A stretch of DNA of 64,000 nt from Monocercomonoides exilis PA203 (GCA_001643675.2 LSRY02000039.1:496001-560000); one strand, 5' to 3'. Positions 24,227-37,980 are shown, counted from the first letter of the stretch. The notes: generated from the sequence alone by a model not told the origin. A program made the numbers and translations.

Positions 24227-24596
24227 TATATTAAAAAAACAAAGTGATGAAGTGATAAATGAATGAATAATATTTCTGGGGTGGTGCAGAAGTTTGTAAA
24301 ATTTTCCTCTTCTTTCATATTATCAATTTAGAGTCCATCAATATTCAAAAAAAAAAATGAGAAAATAGATTTTTTTACGTTCAAATCTTTTTGAACTATT
24401 AGAAATAAACTGTTAAACAAAGAAATTCAGATAGGTAAAATTTAGTTCAAGCGATACCATTTTCTTGAATGAACATTTTTTCAATTTTATATGTAAGAAT
24501 ACAACAAAAACGATGTTAAATTATTTTATTATGGATGGAATGAAGAAGAAAAAGTACAGTTTTTCATTCAAATAATAATTCATTGATATCAAACGT

Positions 24597-27500
24597 ATGA
24601 ATGACAACAAGACGCTTGAAGTTTTATCAGCTCCAAGCGTTAAAAAAAGTTTGACAGGAGAAATAGAAGATAATGATGCTTCTGAAGAAGAATTAAAAAA
24701 TCTTTATAATTGCGTTAAACTTCGAATTATTCCTGTTTTTGCAACGTTTTCGTTTGTTAAAGTTGCAGGAAAAGATGTGTTCCAACGTCAAATTGTGGTG
24801 TTTTTAGCGCAGCACGTTCCAGAAGCCGCGGACTTCAGAGATATCTTTTGCTACTTTTTCATGCAGATTTATCACATTGTGTGCTTGCAAATGATTGCTT
24901 TTTGAACGTCATTTAAGTGAATATTTATATGGATATTTTTGTGGATAATTTCAACAGTGTACAACACAATTCAATGTTGTTTTTTCTCCAAAAATTGAAA
25001 AGGGGAAAAAGAGTTTTTCTCTGGCGGATTTTTCAAACACATGCTCCAATTTGCCGCAAAGCGTCTGATATTGTTATATTAATGATATTGATTTTTTTAT
25101 TGAAAATTGATGTTTTTACACATTATTAAACTAGGTTCAGAGTAATATGAAAACCATTTATATTCTTGGGAGAAAAGTTCTTCCTTCTTCTTCAATGTTT
25201 TCTGAATTTTTTGTGTCCAAAAACTTCAAGAAAAAATTGCGAATGGTTAATGAGCCTGAATGGTTTGATTCAATAATAAGCTCAATCGATCTTGGACTCC
25301 CCGCCCAGTTGTATCGAATTGAACCAACAAAGGAGTCTGGATTCTCCTCTGGTTTTGACTTGCGTTTGGGTCATTTGGATGACTACTCTACACTTCCAGT
25401 CATTTCGCTTTTAGAGCAATACAACATGGAGGTTGATCATAAGCTTATTCCTGCTCAAGAGTATATACCATTTTTTGTGATATCGCTTGTTAGAGGAATT
25501 ATTGAAGCAGGAGGTGCGCTGAAATGTGAATACTATTTGTGTATTATTTATTATGATAAACCATTGCTCATGGTTTATATGTTGTGATTTCAGAGAAAAA
25601 TCGCGATTGAAATTGATGTTTTTCATCTTCAATTTTTTAAAAGCAATTATTTGTTTTGTTAAGCATTTCATATTAATTTTTTCTATTCTTTTTGATGTTC
25701 ATTAACTGAACTAAACTGTCAGGTTTGCGTGCGTCTCATTTCTTAATGAACATTCCATGTTTGCCTACTGATATGACTTCATTGTCGTTTTACTCGTCTC
25801 TGGTTAGCATGGTGATTGATGGTGTGGTGTATTTTTTAAAAAAAAATGTACTTCAATTCGTTTTCTTGGTAATCATCAATTATTCTCAATACAAATTGTG
25901 TTTATTCTTAAATTTCATTTGGAATGACATGAAAATAAATGATTGCCTGACATTCAAATTTTTCGATATTCTTCCTTCCTTCCTTTATTAATTAATTAAT
26001 TAATTAATTAATTTATATATTTATTTCTCCTTTATATATAAATATAATTCCATTTGCCAGATCCGCTTTTTTCCTTCACGCCCGATGCGTCTGTGAGCAT
26101 GCTGACGTATGTGCTGTGCACTCTTCTCAGCTGCATTGCAAGCAAGCTGGTTCCTCTGCACTGTGCGTGCCATCTTGTGGAGGGTGTGGCGAAGGGGCGG
26201 CTGAGAGAGTTTTTGAAGCTGGACAACGACTGGATGGTGAAGGGGCTGAGGCAGGAGAAGGAAAAGATGAGGCAGAAGAGAGTGAGGAGGGAAGGTGCAT
26301 ACAGAGCACTGAAAAGGGGCGAACTTGCAAAGGCAGCAGATTTCTGGAAGAGAAAGAAGGAGGGAAAAAGGAAAGGCAATGGTGGGTCTGCTGAGAACAA
26401 GAAAGAGACAGAAGAAAACAATTCAGATCAAACAAAACATATGAGCGCTGTTGAAGACGACGAAGAGTCAAGTTCATCTTCTGTCTCTATGAATAACACA
26501 GAGAAATTGAATAATAACAGCTCGAATCAACAGCTGAGCAGCGATAAATGCAAAGAAAAGAATGAAAGAAGCGAAGAATGTACAAAAAAAGATGGAATGA
26601 TGAAGTTTTCAGGTGATATTGACAAATGCTTTGATAGGGCACTTACCGCAGATGATATTCAATTCCAGATTTCGCTGCTTTCACAGAAATTAAGAAATTC
26701 AGAGAAATTTCCTTCTCAATGCTCAAAAGAATACTGCTCAATGCCTTCTCAATCAGTTATGCCTTTATCAAATTCAATGTCCACTTCTTCCACAAGCACT
26801 CTTTCAGCCACTTCTCCAACTGAGCAAGCAACTGCCAAGCCTTCATTTTGCAAGCGTCTTCAATATCTCTCTCTTTCCTCCTCTTCTGCTTCTCTCTCTT
26901 CCGTCATCTCTCCATATTACTCATTCCCTGCTTCTCTGTCTGCCTCTCGCACTCTGAGTCAGCACAGGGCATTAACACAGAAGGAGAGGAGCGAACTTGC
27001 ATTTTTGGACACCTTCGTGTTCTGCTGTGCGGATGACTGCGACGACGGGTGGAGTGCTGCGCGCCAGGCATCGAAGAGAACGCTGGCTTCTGTCTTGGCA
27101 TTTGCTGAGCCTTCTTCTGCAGCTGCTGCGGGAGAAGTTAACGCAACACCTCAGGCACTTATACGCACTCGCAATGCACAGGCAGGAGTTGAGAGAAACA
27201 GCAACTTTTACGGCACAGGTGGCAGCACTGTGTATGGCCTAGAAGGATCCTTTCTGTCCTCTCTTGCCTCTTCTCAGTCGCTCGACCCAGTTGTGCGGCG
27301 GCATCTGCAGCAGACGGCGGCAGAGCAGGCAGTGGAGGACTCTCCGTTGGCTCCAGTTCTGCCGCAGTTCCTGCCGTTTGTAGCGTCGTCGCTGTGTCTG
27401 ATGCCGCAGCTGCACCAGGCGACGCTGCAGCTGCTGATGCTCTTCTTTGGAGAGGCGTGGAACAGCGAGAAGGTGACGCAGAGGAGGATGGCAGTGCTGA

Positions 27501-30500
27501 GGGAGCAGATGAAGAGGAGGAGGGAGGAAGAGTACAAGAGAATGAAGATGAAGGAGAAGGAGCAAAAGAGGCTGGAGGAGGAGGAAGCGAAGAAGAAGGA
27601 GAATGATGCAAAAGGAAAGAAGAAGAAGAAGCCGGAAAAAGTAAAAGATGGAGAAAAGGAAAATGAAGTGAAAGAGAAAGGAGGAGAAGAAAATATGGAA
27701 ACAAAAGTCACAAATGATTACAAAGAATTGAATGAGGAAACTGCAAATCAAACTGCTTCTCAGCAACAAGCAAAACCTTCGATTTCTTTGGAACAGAAAG
27801 ATAACAGCGCTCCTCAAGATAATACAAAAAATGAAGCGAATTCAACTCCACAGCCGCTGCAATTGACAAATTCATTGACTCAAAATTCTGAAGCTTCGAT
27901 TCAAACATCGCTTGACTCTGCTGCAAAAATTGAACAGAATTCTTCAGATGTTCTGTCAGATACAAGCAATGAAAGTATTCAAATTCAATTTTCTTCTGCT
28001 TCTCCTCCTCTTAATCTTCATCAGCTATCGAATTCTGTTGATAATCCTTCGCCTTCTGTTTCCTCGAATAGCACAAAGTCGAATGAAAATTCTTCAGAAT
28101 TTGAAAATGAGGAACTTTCCAAAAGTTCCAACGAACTGAAGACAGAAGAGACTTCTTCTTTGAAAGCATCTGAACCTCCTGTTAAAGATACAAAAGAGGG
28201 TTTAACTGAATCTTCAACAAATCTTTCATCTTCTTCTTCTGCAACTTCTTCTTCAACTTCTTTGAATGTTACAGAGAAACAAAATGAAACTAATGGTATT
28301 GCAACCAAAGAAACTTCATCATTTGAAAGCTCGTCTTCTTCCCCTTCTTCCTCTCCCTCTTCTTCTTCTTCTTCTTCTTCTTCTTCAATATCTTCCTCCT
28401 CTCTTCCTTCATCTTCCTCACAAACCAACCAAAATCCACCATCACACTCAAATTCTTCCCCTCCTCCTCAGCTGACATTCAGCTCCTTTCCCGATTTGTT
28501 TCCCACTTTAAATGAACTCAGCACTTCTCTTCTTCCCATCCTGTTTCCATCTGTGAATGAAGTGTCCTCTTCAGTCAGAAACAAGATTGTTCAATCTTTG
28601 AAGCTGAGGAAAAGCATTCTCACTCAAAGAATCGATGAAATTGAGCAGGTGAGAGAAAGATTTGAAGAAATTGACAGGAATTTGGGGCTGAAAAGAGAAG
28701 AAGCGCAGAAAAAGGCGAATGAAGAAGGTATTTTGTGGGACAGCACGTGGAAGAAGCTGAAGGAGACGAGGGAGCATCTTGTGAGAATGGCAAAGAACAA
28801 AGAAGGAGAAGGAGGAGAAGGTGTGAAGATGACAAAGAAGAAGAAATTTAAGAAATGGAATGCAAAAGATAATGTAGAAAAATGCGAGGTGAATGAAGAA
28901 TCTGATCAAAAACAGCATTTTGACAGCCAAAAGAACGAATTGACAAGCAAAGAAAAAGAAGATTGTGATTCTCTTTCTCCACCTCACGAAGCATGTCAAT
29001 CAAAATCATCTTCATTTCACCTCATTTCATCCTCTTCGTCTTCTTCTTCTCCTCCTTCTGCTTCATCATCATCATCATCATCTTCTTCTTCTTCTTCTTC
29101 TTCTTCAACTAGTTCCTCGTCTGTGAACACACCTCAAATAGTTCATTCACCTGATAGCACTTCAAAAGAATCCATTTCAAAATCTGAAGCACTTCAAAAT
29201 CCTTCTGACAATTCAGCCATTTCATCCAATCATTTAGCAATTCATTCATCGAATGTGCCTTCCCCTTCTCCTTCTTCCTTCATTTCACCAAATTCTCCTC
29301 TTTCTTCCAGCCAACAAACTTCTTCTTCTTCTTCTTCTTCTTCTTTTTCTTCTTCTTCTTTTTCTTCTTCTTCTTCTTCTTCTTCAGCGGAACAGAATGA
29401 TCAGCTGGATGCTCTGATTTCCCAGTATCGTCAGGTGCAGCGTGAATACTGCGACGTTTCCTCTTGTTTTGAGCAGGCGGAAAAGGCCATTTCGAACTGC
29501 GAGCATTTTCAGGAGCTGCTTCGCACTCGAATGAACACAAACAGAACAATCGAAAACAGACAGAAAGAGCAGCTGCTTCGTGTGAGCTGTCTGATTGACT
29601 CGTGGGAGAAGCAGGAGAAAGAGGCAGAGGAGAGGAAGAAGAAGAAGGAGAAAGGGAAGAATAAGAATAGAAAGAGCAAAGCAGATGAGAAGAAAAACAA
29701 GAGTGGAGTGTTTAGCTCTCAATCTTTTTCTTCTTCCTCCTCCTCCTATTCTGCTTCTGCTTCTGCTTCTGCTTCTTCTATTTCTTCAATCACTTTTCAG
29801 TCTTCTCCTTCTCATTCGTCTGATTCATCTGATTTATCTCCTGTTATAACTCATGCTTTTGATGGAAACAGAGCCACTGCCACTTTTCTGAGGGAGAATG
29901 ATCTCCCTTTTGCTGCAAAGAAAAGCAATGAGACGACTGATAAGAGTTCTTTCAACGAAGAAACATCAAATTCAAATAAAAATGATCAAAAACAGTACAC
30001 TTCAAAAGCTGATAAAACGGTTTCTTCTTCTTCTTCTTCTTCGACTTTATCATCATCGTCATTGTCAACAGCATCCTCTTCCACTTCAAGTCTTCAATCA
30101 CAACTGAAATATGCACCAAAATCTGTCATTTCAACTTCACTTTACACAATTCTGACTGCCAACACTCCACCTGCTGATGAGCAGGCTGTTTTAGATCAGT
30201 CAGATAACATCCATTCAAATGAAGTTGATAATCAAGCAGATAAACAGAAGAATATTCCTCTTCTAAATGATTCTTCATCTGAATTGTTTGTTTCATCTTC
30301 TCCTGTCACTTCTCAAACAACTGACAATTCATTTCAGTCTTCTCCATCAACCTCATCATCTTCCTCATCCTCCTCCTCCTCCTCCTCTACTTCTTCTTCA
30401 TTCGATTCAACCTATCATATTTCATCTGAACCTCAATCCACTGATGATATTTTAATTGATCCATTGCTTTGCTTCCCCTCAGAACAGCAATTGATGAGTT

Positions 30501-32569
30501 TTGTTTCTTCTTCTCTTTCCTTTTCTTTGGCCATTTTTATCTCTTCTTGGCTTGAGATAAGAGGCGAAATTGCTAAAATCTATAAATTCAATCCATCTTA
30601 TGTGTGTTTTTTGTTTAATTATTTATTTATTTATTGTATTGTATTGTATTGTATTGTTCTGTATTGTATTTTATAGCGTTCACCTTTCCCCTCGCTTATC
30701 CCTCTGACCTATCTGAATCACATCCACACTGCTTTGGTGGCTACTGTTGTTCAGCGCCGCCCTCTTTCCTGTGCTCCTTTGTCTTCTCCTCAGCTCTACT
30801 CAACTGTCCCAATTCAAACAAAAAGCACTTCGCCATATAGAAAACACAAAAATGAGAGTGGAAACGAAGGAAAAGCAAATAGAAATTCGAACAATGGATC
30901 GTTTGTGGTCTCTATTTCATCTGCCAATTCAGTTCAGCCGAATGAAAATAGCACAAATGCTGTTTCGGTTACTTCTCCAGGTAGAAAAGAAAACTCTCAA
31001 TCGTCTTCCCTTTCGCCTCACAAACTGAAAACAAAACTTTCTTCTTCCTCAGAATCTTCTCCCGACTCTTCTTCTGAATCTCCTTCACCCGAAAAGAGCT
31101 CATCTCCATACACTCCAACGCTTTCATTATCATCTGTCCCTTCTTCCTCTCTCGTGTTTCATCCAATCGCTGGCTCCACTGTCGTCCCGCAGAAGCTGCA
31201 GAGTTCATACATAGCTGCCCTTATCGACTCCTTTGCTGTTTCCTACCGCTCTTCTGAAGACTTCCACATTTCATACATCAAGGGCTTCAATGGTACAATG
31301 ACGACACAGCTCTCCAGCAGGCTGCTATTCTCTTCGCACACTAGTCGTATTTCACCTTATTTTCTGTATTCGGTCAGGTTGTACAACTTGCTGAAGCAGA
31401 CGATGGCTGACTCGCGGATCAAGAAAAGGATCACAGAGGAGACAGACTGCTCCCACTTGATCAGCAGAAGCAGGGTGAGACAGAGGTTCTGGAAGCGGAT
31501 GCAGAGGTATCGCATGGTTAGAAACAGAAAGCTGAACGAAGTGTTTGTGGAAGACATGGAAGAATCATCATCGTCGGATTCGACAAGCGAGTTGAGTGAG
31601 CTGTCTGATTCTTATTCTGATTCATTTTCTGAGTCAGATTCATTTTCTGATTCTGATTCAAGTTCTGTTTCAAACACTGGATCAGAACCACTTCGCGACA
31701 CATTTGTACATCCGATCTCTAATTCTTCTTCATGCAGCACAGATGAAAACAGTTGTGAAAAGAAATCAGAGTGCGAAGAAATGGAAGTTAATCAAAAGGA
31801 TGATGTCGCAAGTGAAGATTGTTCGCTTTCTTCCAACAAGACAGAAAGAAGCAATTCATCTGAAAGTTCTGAATTAAATGGACAAATTGATTGCCCAGTT
31901 ATTTTAAGAGACAGTGATGATCAAAACAATCATGAAAATGATGCAGAAATCTTTGATCAATCCGTAACTTCCAAAGCAAAACAAGAAAGTCATAAAGAAA
32001 CAAGTGATGAGGTTGAGAAATTGGACATTAAAAGCGTTGAAGTTGAATTTAGTTGCTGTGAATCTGATGGTGATGAGAGAGATGAAGAAACAGCTGAGCA
32101 TTCGTCACAAACAAAGTCAATCTCATTTCATTCTCCTCAACTTTTTTCATCTACAATCACTCCTCCACCACAGTTTCAAAATCATTCATCAGTTGGATCA
32201 TCTAACCAAACAAATAAGATAAGCATTTCTCCTGTTTTGTTACCCGACCTCAAAAATTGTTATGCTCCATATCCTCATCCATTTTTGGCTAAGTGGAAAC
32301 GATTTTTTGAAGAATCAAACGGTTGTGGTAGTGAGTTTTCTTATCTGCCAAATGCTGTATTGAAGAGAAAAAATAGTGAAAACTTAAAAAGCGAATCAAT
32401 AGTCGAAAGGGGACAGAGTTGTGAAGCTGATTTTGGAGAAGGGGAGATTGAAGCTGAAGATAGGCTGCACATTGCTTTCAGAGAGCAAATAAAGAATTTA
32501 AGCTCATCGAAAAAAGTCAGTGAATGTGTTAAACTCACAGAACACAAATTTGCGAAAAATTGTATTTGA
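24597..32569 (+). CDS. Very large Ser-rich multi-exon protein of unknown function
   Basis: Phase-consistent GT-AG exon chain: 24597-24878, 24958-25062, 25135-25513, 25723-25821, 26061-30601 and 30677-~32520/32569. Contains coiled-coil K/E segments and poly-Ser linkers. The start and the true 3' end are uncertain. Confidence 0.8.
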
Positions 32570-32720
32570 ATATTTTTTAAAAAATTTATTTTTAATTTTC
32601 CAATGAGTTGTCATTTCAAAAAGTGATTTTCTAAATTTTGTGAGAGAGTTTTGTCAATTCATTATTTTTATTCTAAAAAAAAAAAAGAAAGAAAGAAAGC
32701 AATAATTCAACGAAAAAAAG

Positions 32721-33686
32721 GAGAACCCCAAAATATCGGTTATATTTATAAAACTTTCCTGTTTCTCGAACTGCGCCAAGTAGACAAGGAAAGCGACGAA
32801 ATTCTATTTCTGATTCCGCTTTTGCTTCAAAAGAGTGGAGAAACGCCAACTATGAGACATCCAATTATCGAATATTTGCTTGCAGTCGAAAAACATTCAG
32901 GCCAACCTTTTGGATTTCATTCTTCGAAGGGACAGCCATTTTGAGTGAGCAAGGCGATTATCATTCGAAGTTTGCTTTCTTCGACGCCACAGGCAACTAC
33001 AGAAAAAATACAGAATATTTGTGTCAACCTCTTCAAGCGCAGCCATCCAGAGATTTTATTGTTGTGCTCCATTTGCGCGGCATCGATGCGGAGTTGATTT
33101 GTGGAGACCTTGTTGCTTCGTATTGGGTGCTCTGAGGTGTTTGCAAACGTTAGACAAGACGGCCATGTTTTCTCAGACGAACATCGAGAGTTAACAATTT
33201 CTCTGAAGGCTGTTTAATGTATTTATTTCTGATAATTATGTTGTTGGTTTGTGTTTATCTTGTGTTGTGGCTTTTATTATAAATGATTTTTAAAAATGGG
33301 GAATTCTTCAGATTCTGCTTTCAACCGAATATATTTTCTGGAGCCGATTGAGTTCACTCTGCTTTTCGACTACTTGCAAGTCGTCTGATGTGTCATTGTG
33401 TTCCTTCGTCTTCTGGAGAGTTGCAGCAATTATTGAATCAGAGGCATTTTTTTAATGCGAGGGTGCTTCCATGGCGTTAAGTTACAAATGCAGTGAGACG
33501 GGGAATTCAATTGTTTGTCGGCGGGAGACAGCAGCGGTGGTGCAAGAAAAGCAAAAGAATGTTTCGATCAGATGCAGGACAAGGGAGATATTTGTTGCAT
33601 AGAAGGAACAATGGAAGAAGAAAATGAATGACAATGAAAGAAAGATGAGGAGGAGGAGGAAGAAAAAGAAAAAAAGAAGAAGATGA
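32721..33686 (+). pseudogene. Probable 3' exons of the large gene, carrying in-frame stops
   Basis: Exon-like segments 32721-33211 and 33312-33686 are joined by a phase-0 GTTTAA...CAG intron. The frame stays protein-like across TGA 32942, TGA 33095, TAA 33453 and TAG 33600. Confidence 0.55.
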
Positions 33687-34689
33687 CGATGAAGAAGAAG
33701 AAGAAGAAATAGAAGAGGAGGAGGAAGAGAAAGATAAAGAAGAAGAAAAGATTGTATATGTTGTTGAAATGAAGAAAGAAAAGAAATTGAAAGAGAAGAA
33801 AGAGCTAACATATTCATCACACTTGAAACAACTCATTCTTCCCCCAAAAAAGACGAAACATTCTTCGAAGAAGACAATTTCGATAAAGACATCGACTTCT
33901 TTCCTCCAATTGCAGAAAACTCAATTTTTAACAAAAATTAAAATGGAAACAATGGAAAACGCACAAAGAAACTCAAAGACATTTCATTTTTAGTCTGCCT
34001 CTCTGATATTCCTGCTTTGCTTTCGGAGAAATTCAGAGAAATTTGAAACGTTTCTCCATAGAACATTAATGTTTTTGTGCCTTTTGGAGATGATCATTAT
34101 CAAATATCTCATTTTTCTTCTTCTTCTTCTTCCTTTTATTTTTATTGCTTCTTTGTTTGTATCTATGTTTGCATGTTTCTTTCTTTCCTTTTTATTTTTT
34201 CTCTTTTCTTCCTTTTCCTCCTTTTCTTCCTTTTCCTTCTTTTTGTTTTTTTTAATTTTATTTTATTTTTATTTTATTTATTTTTTTTAATGGAAAATCG
34301 AATTTATCAATCAATTTTCTAAAAAGCATTCAAAAAAAAAAAAAAAATCAAACAATTAAAGGAAAATTGCAGTTTCTTGACATGCTATTCAATACAAATA
34401 AACAAAAATCATAAAAAGAAATTGGTTGTCATTGCAACAAATAAATAAAATTTTTGACTTTAATAGAATGAAAACAAGTCTTCAATAATTTCTTCAGCTG
34501 ATACAGTTTCACAAAATCTTTGTTCTATATGCGATTCTCAGGAGCTACAGTGAACAGAGAATATGGTGTCGAGGCGATAAAAGCTGATGATCAGAAATGA
34601 TTCAAACTCGTCTTTTCTCTCTTAATTCTTCCAATGAATAATTCTTTGACTTCCTTCTCCATCCGCTGCTTCTTTTCCTTTTGTTTTAT

Positions 34690-35190
34690 CTCTGCAACAT
34701 CAAAATCTTCCTTCAGAAAATGTATTTGATGTTGTTTGCTTCCATCTCCAGCACTTTCAAAGTAATTAATCTCACATTCACCCTCTGTAACTCTAACAAC
34801 TCCAACAAACATCCTATTGAAACATATTTTCCCAAAACACCAAGTTCAGCTGATTCTGTGCGAGCAATAAAGGAAGAGGAGGAGGAGTTGTATATTTTGT
34901 GTGTTGATAACTTTTCGATTCTGTGAAAGAGCACTTGTTTGCCTTTATGAGAAGCATCACTCCAAAAGATAATTCGATTGTTGGACATGATAGAACAGAA
35001 GCATTCGGAGATTGGGATGTTGAATTGTTTATATTTCTTGAAGGGAATATTGCTGGTTATAAATACGTGGATGGTCATCTTGGCATCAAGGAAGTGAATT
35101 GCTGGCTATCAAAGATACCCTGCAAGAGCACACACAACGCGATGGGTCTTCTGAAGAAGGTGAAGAACGTTGGCGAGTATTGTTGAATGA
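34690..35190 (+). pseudogene. Internally deleted fragment of the surface-protein family
   Basis: FAFMRSITPKDNSIVGHDRTEAFGDWDVELFIF matches FAFMGSITQKDNSIVGHDRTEAFGDWDIDLFIF encoded at ~62510-62620 on the minus strand. Confidence 0.9.
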
Positions 35191-36228
35191 GCAGACAAAT
35201 AGCGAATTTATGTGCAAATGAAGGCAAAGTCGAAGAAAGTTGGGGAGATGTCACACAAAATAGAAGAAAACATCTAACATGTGCATTTGATGAAATCAAC
35301 ATTGCTAGTCGGGCATTTATTCTCTTCTTTCATAGAATTTTTCTTCAAATAAGAATTTCCTCGAGATTGCTTTCCCTCATCGTTTCACCTTCTCCGACAT
35401 ATTGAAGGCGTGTGACGTTGTGTAACCTGCCGAACGCTATTTTTGAACTCATTCATTTCATAAAAGAATTGCTCTAATACTCTTTCTTTTTTATTTGTGC
35501 CTCTTTCAGCTTCCAAATAAAAAATGCAAAATCGTCCTCCTTTTTTGATTTCGCGCAGACCGATCAGTTTTTTTTCGACTCGAAATAAAATCTATTGTTA
35601 TTTAATTTTGCTGCATTTTGTAATAGAATGAATATAGGTTTTGTGCTTCCGAAAAGATAATAAAAGATGATGCTTGACCCTGAATTTGACAGGAGCCGAA
35701 TGAAACGAATGCAACAACATTTGTTGTTTCTAATCGAAGAAGGTGTTGAAGAAGAAGACGATTTTAATGAAATGAAATCATCGTTCAAATTGCCTTTTTT
35801 TCATCACGAGAATCGCAAATGAAAAGAAGGATAATTCTGTGCCTGATAAGCCCAGATGAAGAAAAGCGACCGAAGAAATTATTTGCTCAATTCTGCGGAG
35901 AAGCAGATTGAGATGAATGAATGCATCAGTTCGATGATGCTTCGATAAAATGTTTAATGAGACGAATCATCAAATAAAAAAACGTGAAGAAGGTGAAGAA
36001 GGAGAAGAAGGAGAAGAAGGAGAAAAAGAAAAAGAAAAAGAAGAAAGAGAAGAAGAAGAGGTGATATGCGCAGAATATGTCTGTCGGAGAAATAGAGCAT
36101 TCATATTGCATTTCTCCGAATGAGAATGTTCTCATTTGCTTATTTTAGAATTCATGAGAAGATGTGATAGGCTGAAGGAGTTTAATTGCAAGGGAAAGTG
36201 AAAAAAGAAGATAATGATGAAGAGGAGT

Positions 36229-36348
36229 AGGAGGAGGAGGAAGAAGAAGAAGAGGAAGAGGAAGAAGAGGAAGAAGAGGAAGAAGAGGAAGAAGAGGAAG
36301 AAGAGGAAGAAGAGGAAGAAGAGGAAGAAGAGGAAGAAGAGGAAGAAA
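36229..36348 (+). repeat. (GAAGAGGAA)n purine microsatellite
   Basis: 9-bp periodic GAA/GAG tandem repeat. Confidence 0.9.
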
Positions 36349-37980
36349 AGGATAAAATGAAAAGAATGATTTTATACAGATGGCTTTTCATTTCCAATGT
36401 TGCGAATGACAGTTGAGAAGAAGAGAAACAATTGAAATTATTTTCTTTCCAATTTGCTGTGCTGCCGATTGATAAGCATCAACACATTGGAAGGTCTGCT
36501 CTCTGATCCAATGTCAAATGAGAGGAATTATTAAAAGAGGAAGAAGAAAAAGTTGAGAAGAAGAAAAAGGTGAAGAAGAAGGAGAACTGGAAGAAGAAGA
36601 AGATGTTGATGATGAAACACGTGCTGAATGATCAGAATGCAACACAATAACAGCATTTGCAAACATAATTCATTCATCAGCAGATATGAAGAAAGAACGA
36701 ACGAAAGAAAGAAAGAAAGAGAAGCTGAAAGAGAAATGGAATGAAATGAGTTGGATGGAGCTCTTCTGGAGGAAGTTGAATGACAAATGCGAACAAGACC
36801 CATTTGAAGAAAATGATGAAATGATGAATGGATTCGAATTTCATAACAGCCAACAGCAACAACTGACGGAAGATCCATTCCTTGTTGCAACATGAGAATT
36901 TGATGGCTGTTCAAACAACAAATTCTCAAATAAGAAGCTGCTCTTTTCATCAACCAAGCATTAAATATCATCAATGAAGAGATCGAAGGAGAAGGAGAAG
37001 GAGAAGAAGCCACACGATTTGTAAAAATGCTGCTTGAGATGGATTGTTCCTGAAAATGATGCACAACATGAAAAAAAAGCTGTTCATTGGAATGGAAATA
37101 AAAAGACATAAAATAAAAATAATTAGTTTTGAATTTATTTTAAAAATTCCTCAAAAGAACACACCTTTCCTTTCTATCGCAAATGCAGAGGATTGTTCAA
37201 TCACTGATGCTGTCAATCCCCTTTTCCATTGTTTCTCAGTGCTCCTTTCTCCATCATCCTTTATTCCCACATATACATCCTGCTTTCCATGTTATCATCC
37301 ACTTTTTTTCTGAAAAAAATATCTCCGAATTTTATTCTTTCTGAAAGCTGTAAAATTGTTGGCATTCTTCTTTTCATTCTCATCAAAATGCTTTGATTTC
37401 GAATTTGTTTTCTTCCCCTGTTCCGATTGAATACATAAAAATATGCAATTTCCATCTGCTGATTGCATCTCGATATCCAGCACTCTTCTGATGTTCTCCT
37501 CAGAAAGACAAAGGAATTGGTCATTTAGACAATTTTTCAGATTCTTGCACTCTGAAAAGATGGTTTATAAAAGAATCTTCAAAACAAACAAGAACAATAA
37601 AAAACACATTCATGCAAATATTTTGATTTTCAAAAAAATGTTGAATTTCCTTCAAAGATGCTCTTCATAAAAATCATCTCGCCCAATTCCATCATCAATT
37701 CCCCTCTTTCGCTGTCTCGTGCAGCCTCTCAAAATAATATCGCCCATTCCGCAGAAAATATTTGTTCACCGTCTCTCATTTTGGCAAGGAATATTTTTGT
37801 TCTTTCAAATCTGATGATCTGAATATCCATTACTGCAAACAAGAAAAACATTTATCGTTTTTTTTTTCTTTCTTTCTTTGCAACACCTTTCCAAATAATA
37901 CCAACAACATAGAATGGTATAACAACTTGTGCTATCATAATTATTTTAAGCTTTTGTTTTGCGCCGATTTCTTCTTTCCA

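Noticed and set aside
26054-32569. Genome-wide stop-codon reassignment (TAR=Gln or TGA=Trp)
   Set aside because: Over 2000 codons of Gln-rich coding sequence here, and the long ORFs at 56.8-64 kb, contain no in-frame TAR/TGA, and Trp is TGG. The in-frame stops elsewhere replace different residues.
35200-37760. Short ORFs in purine-rich low-complexity sequence
   Set aside because: Fragmentary and microsatellite-driven; no product can be supported.
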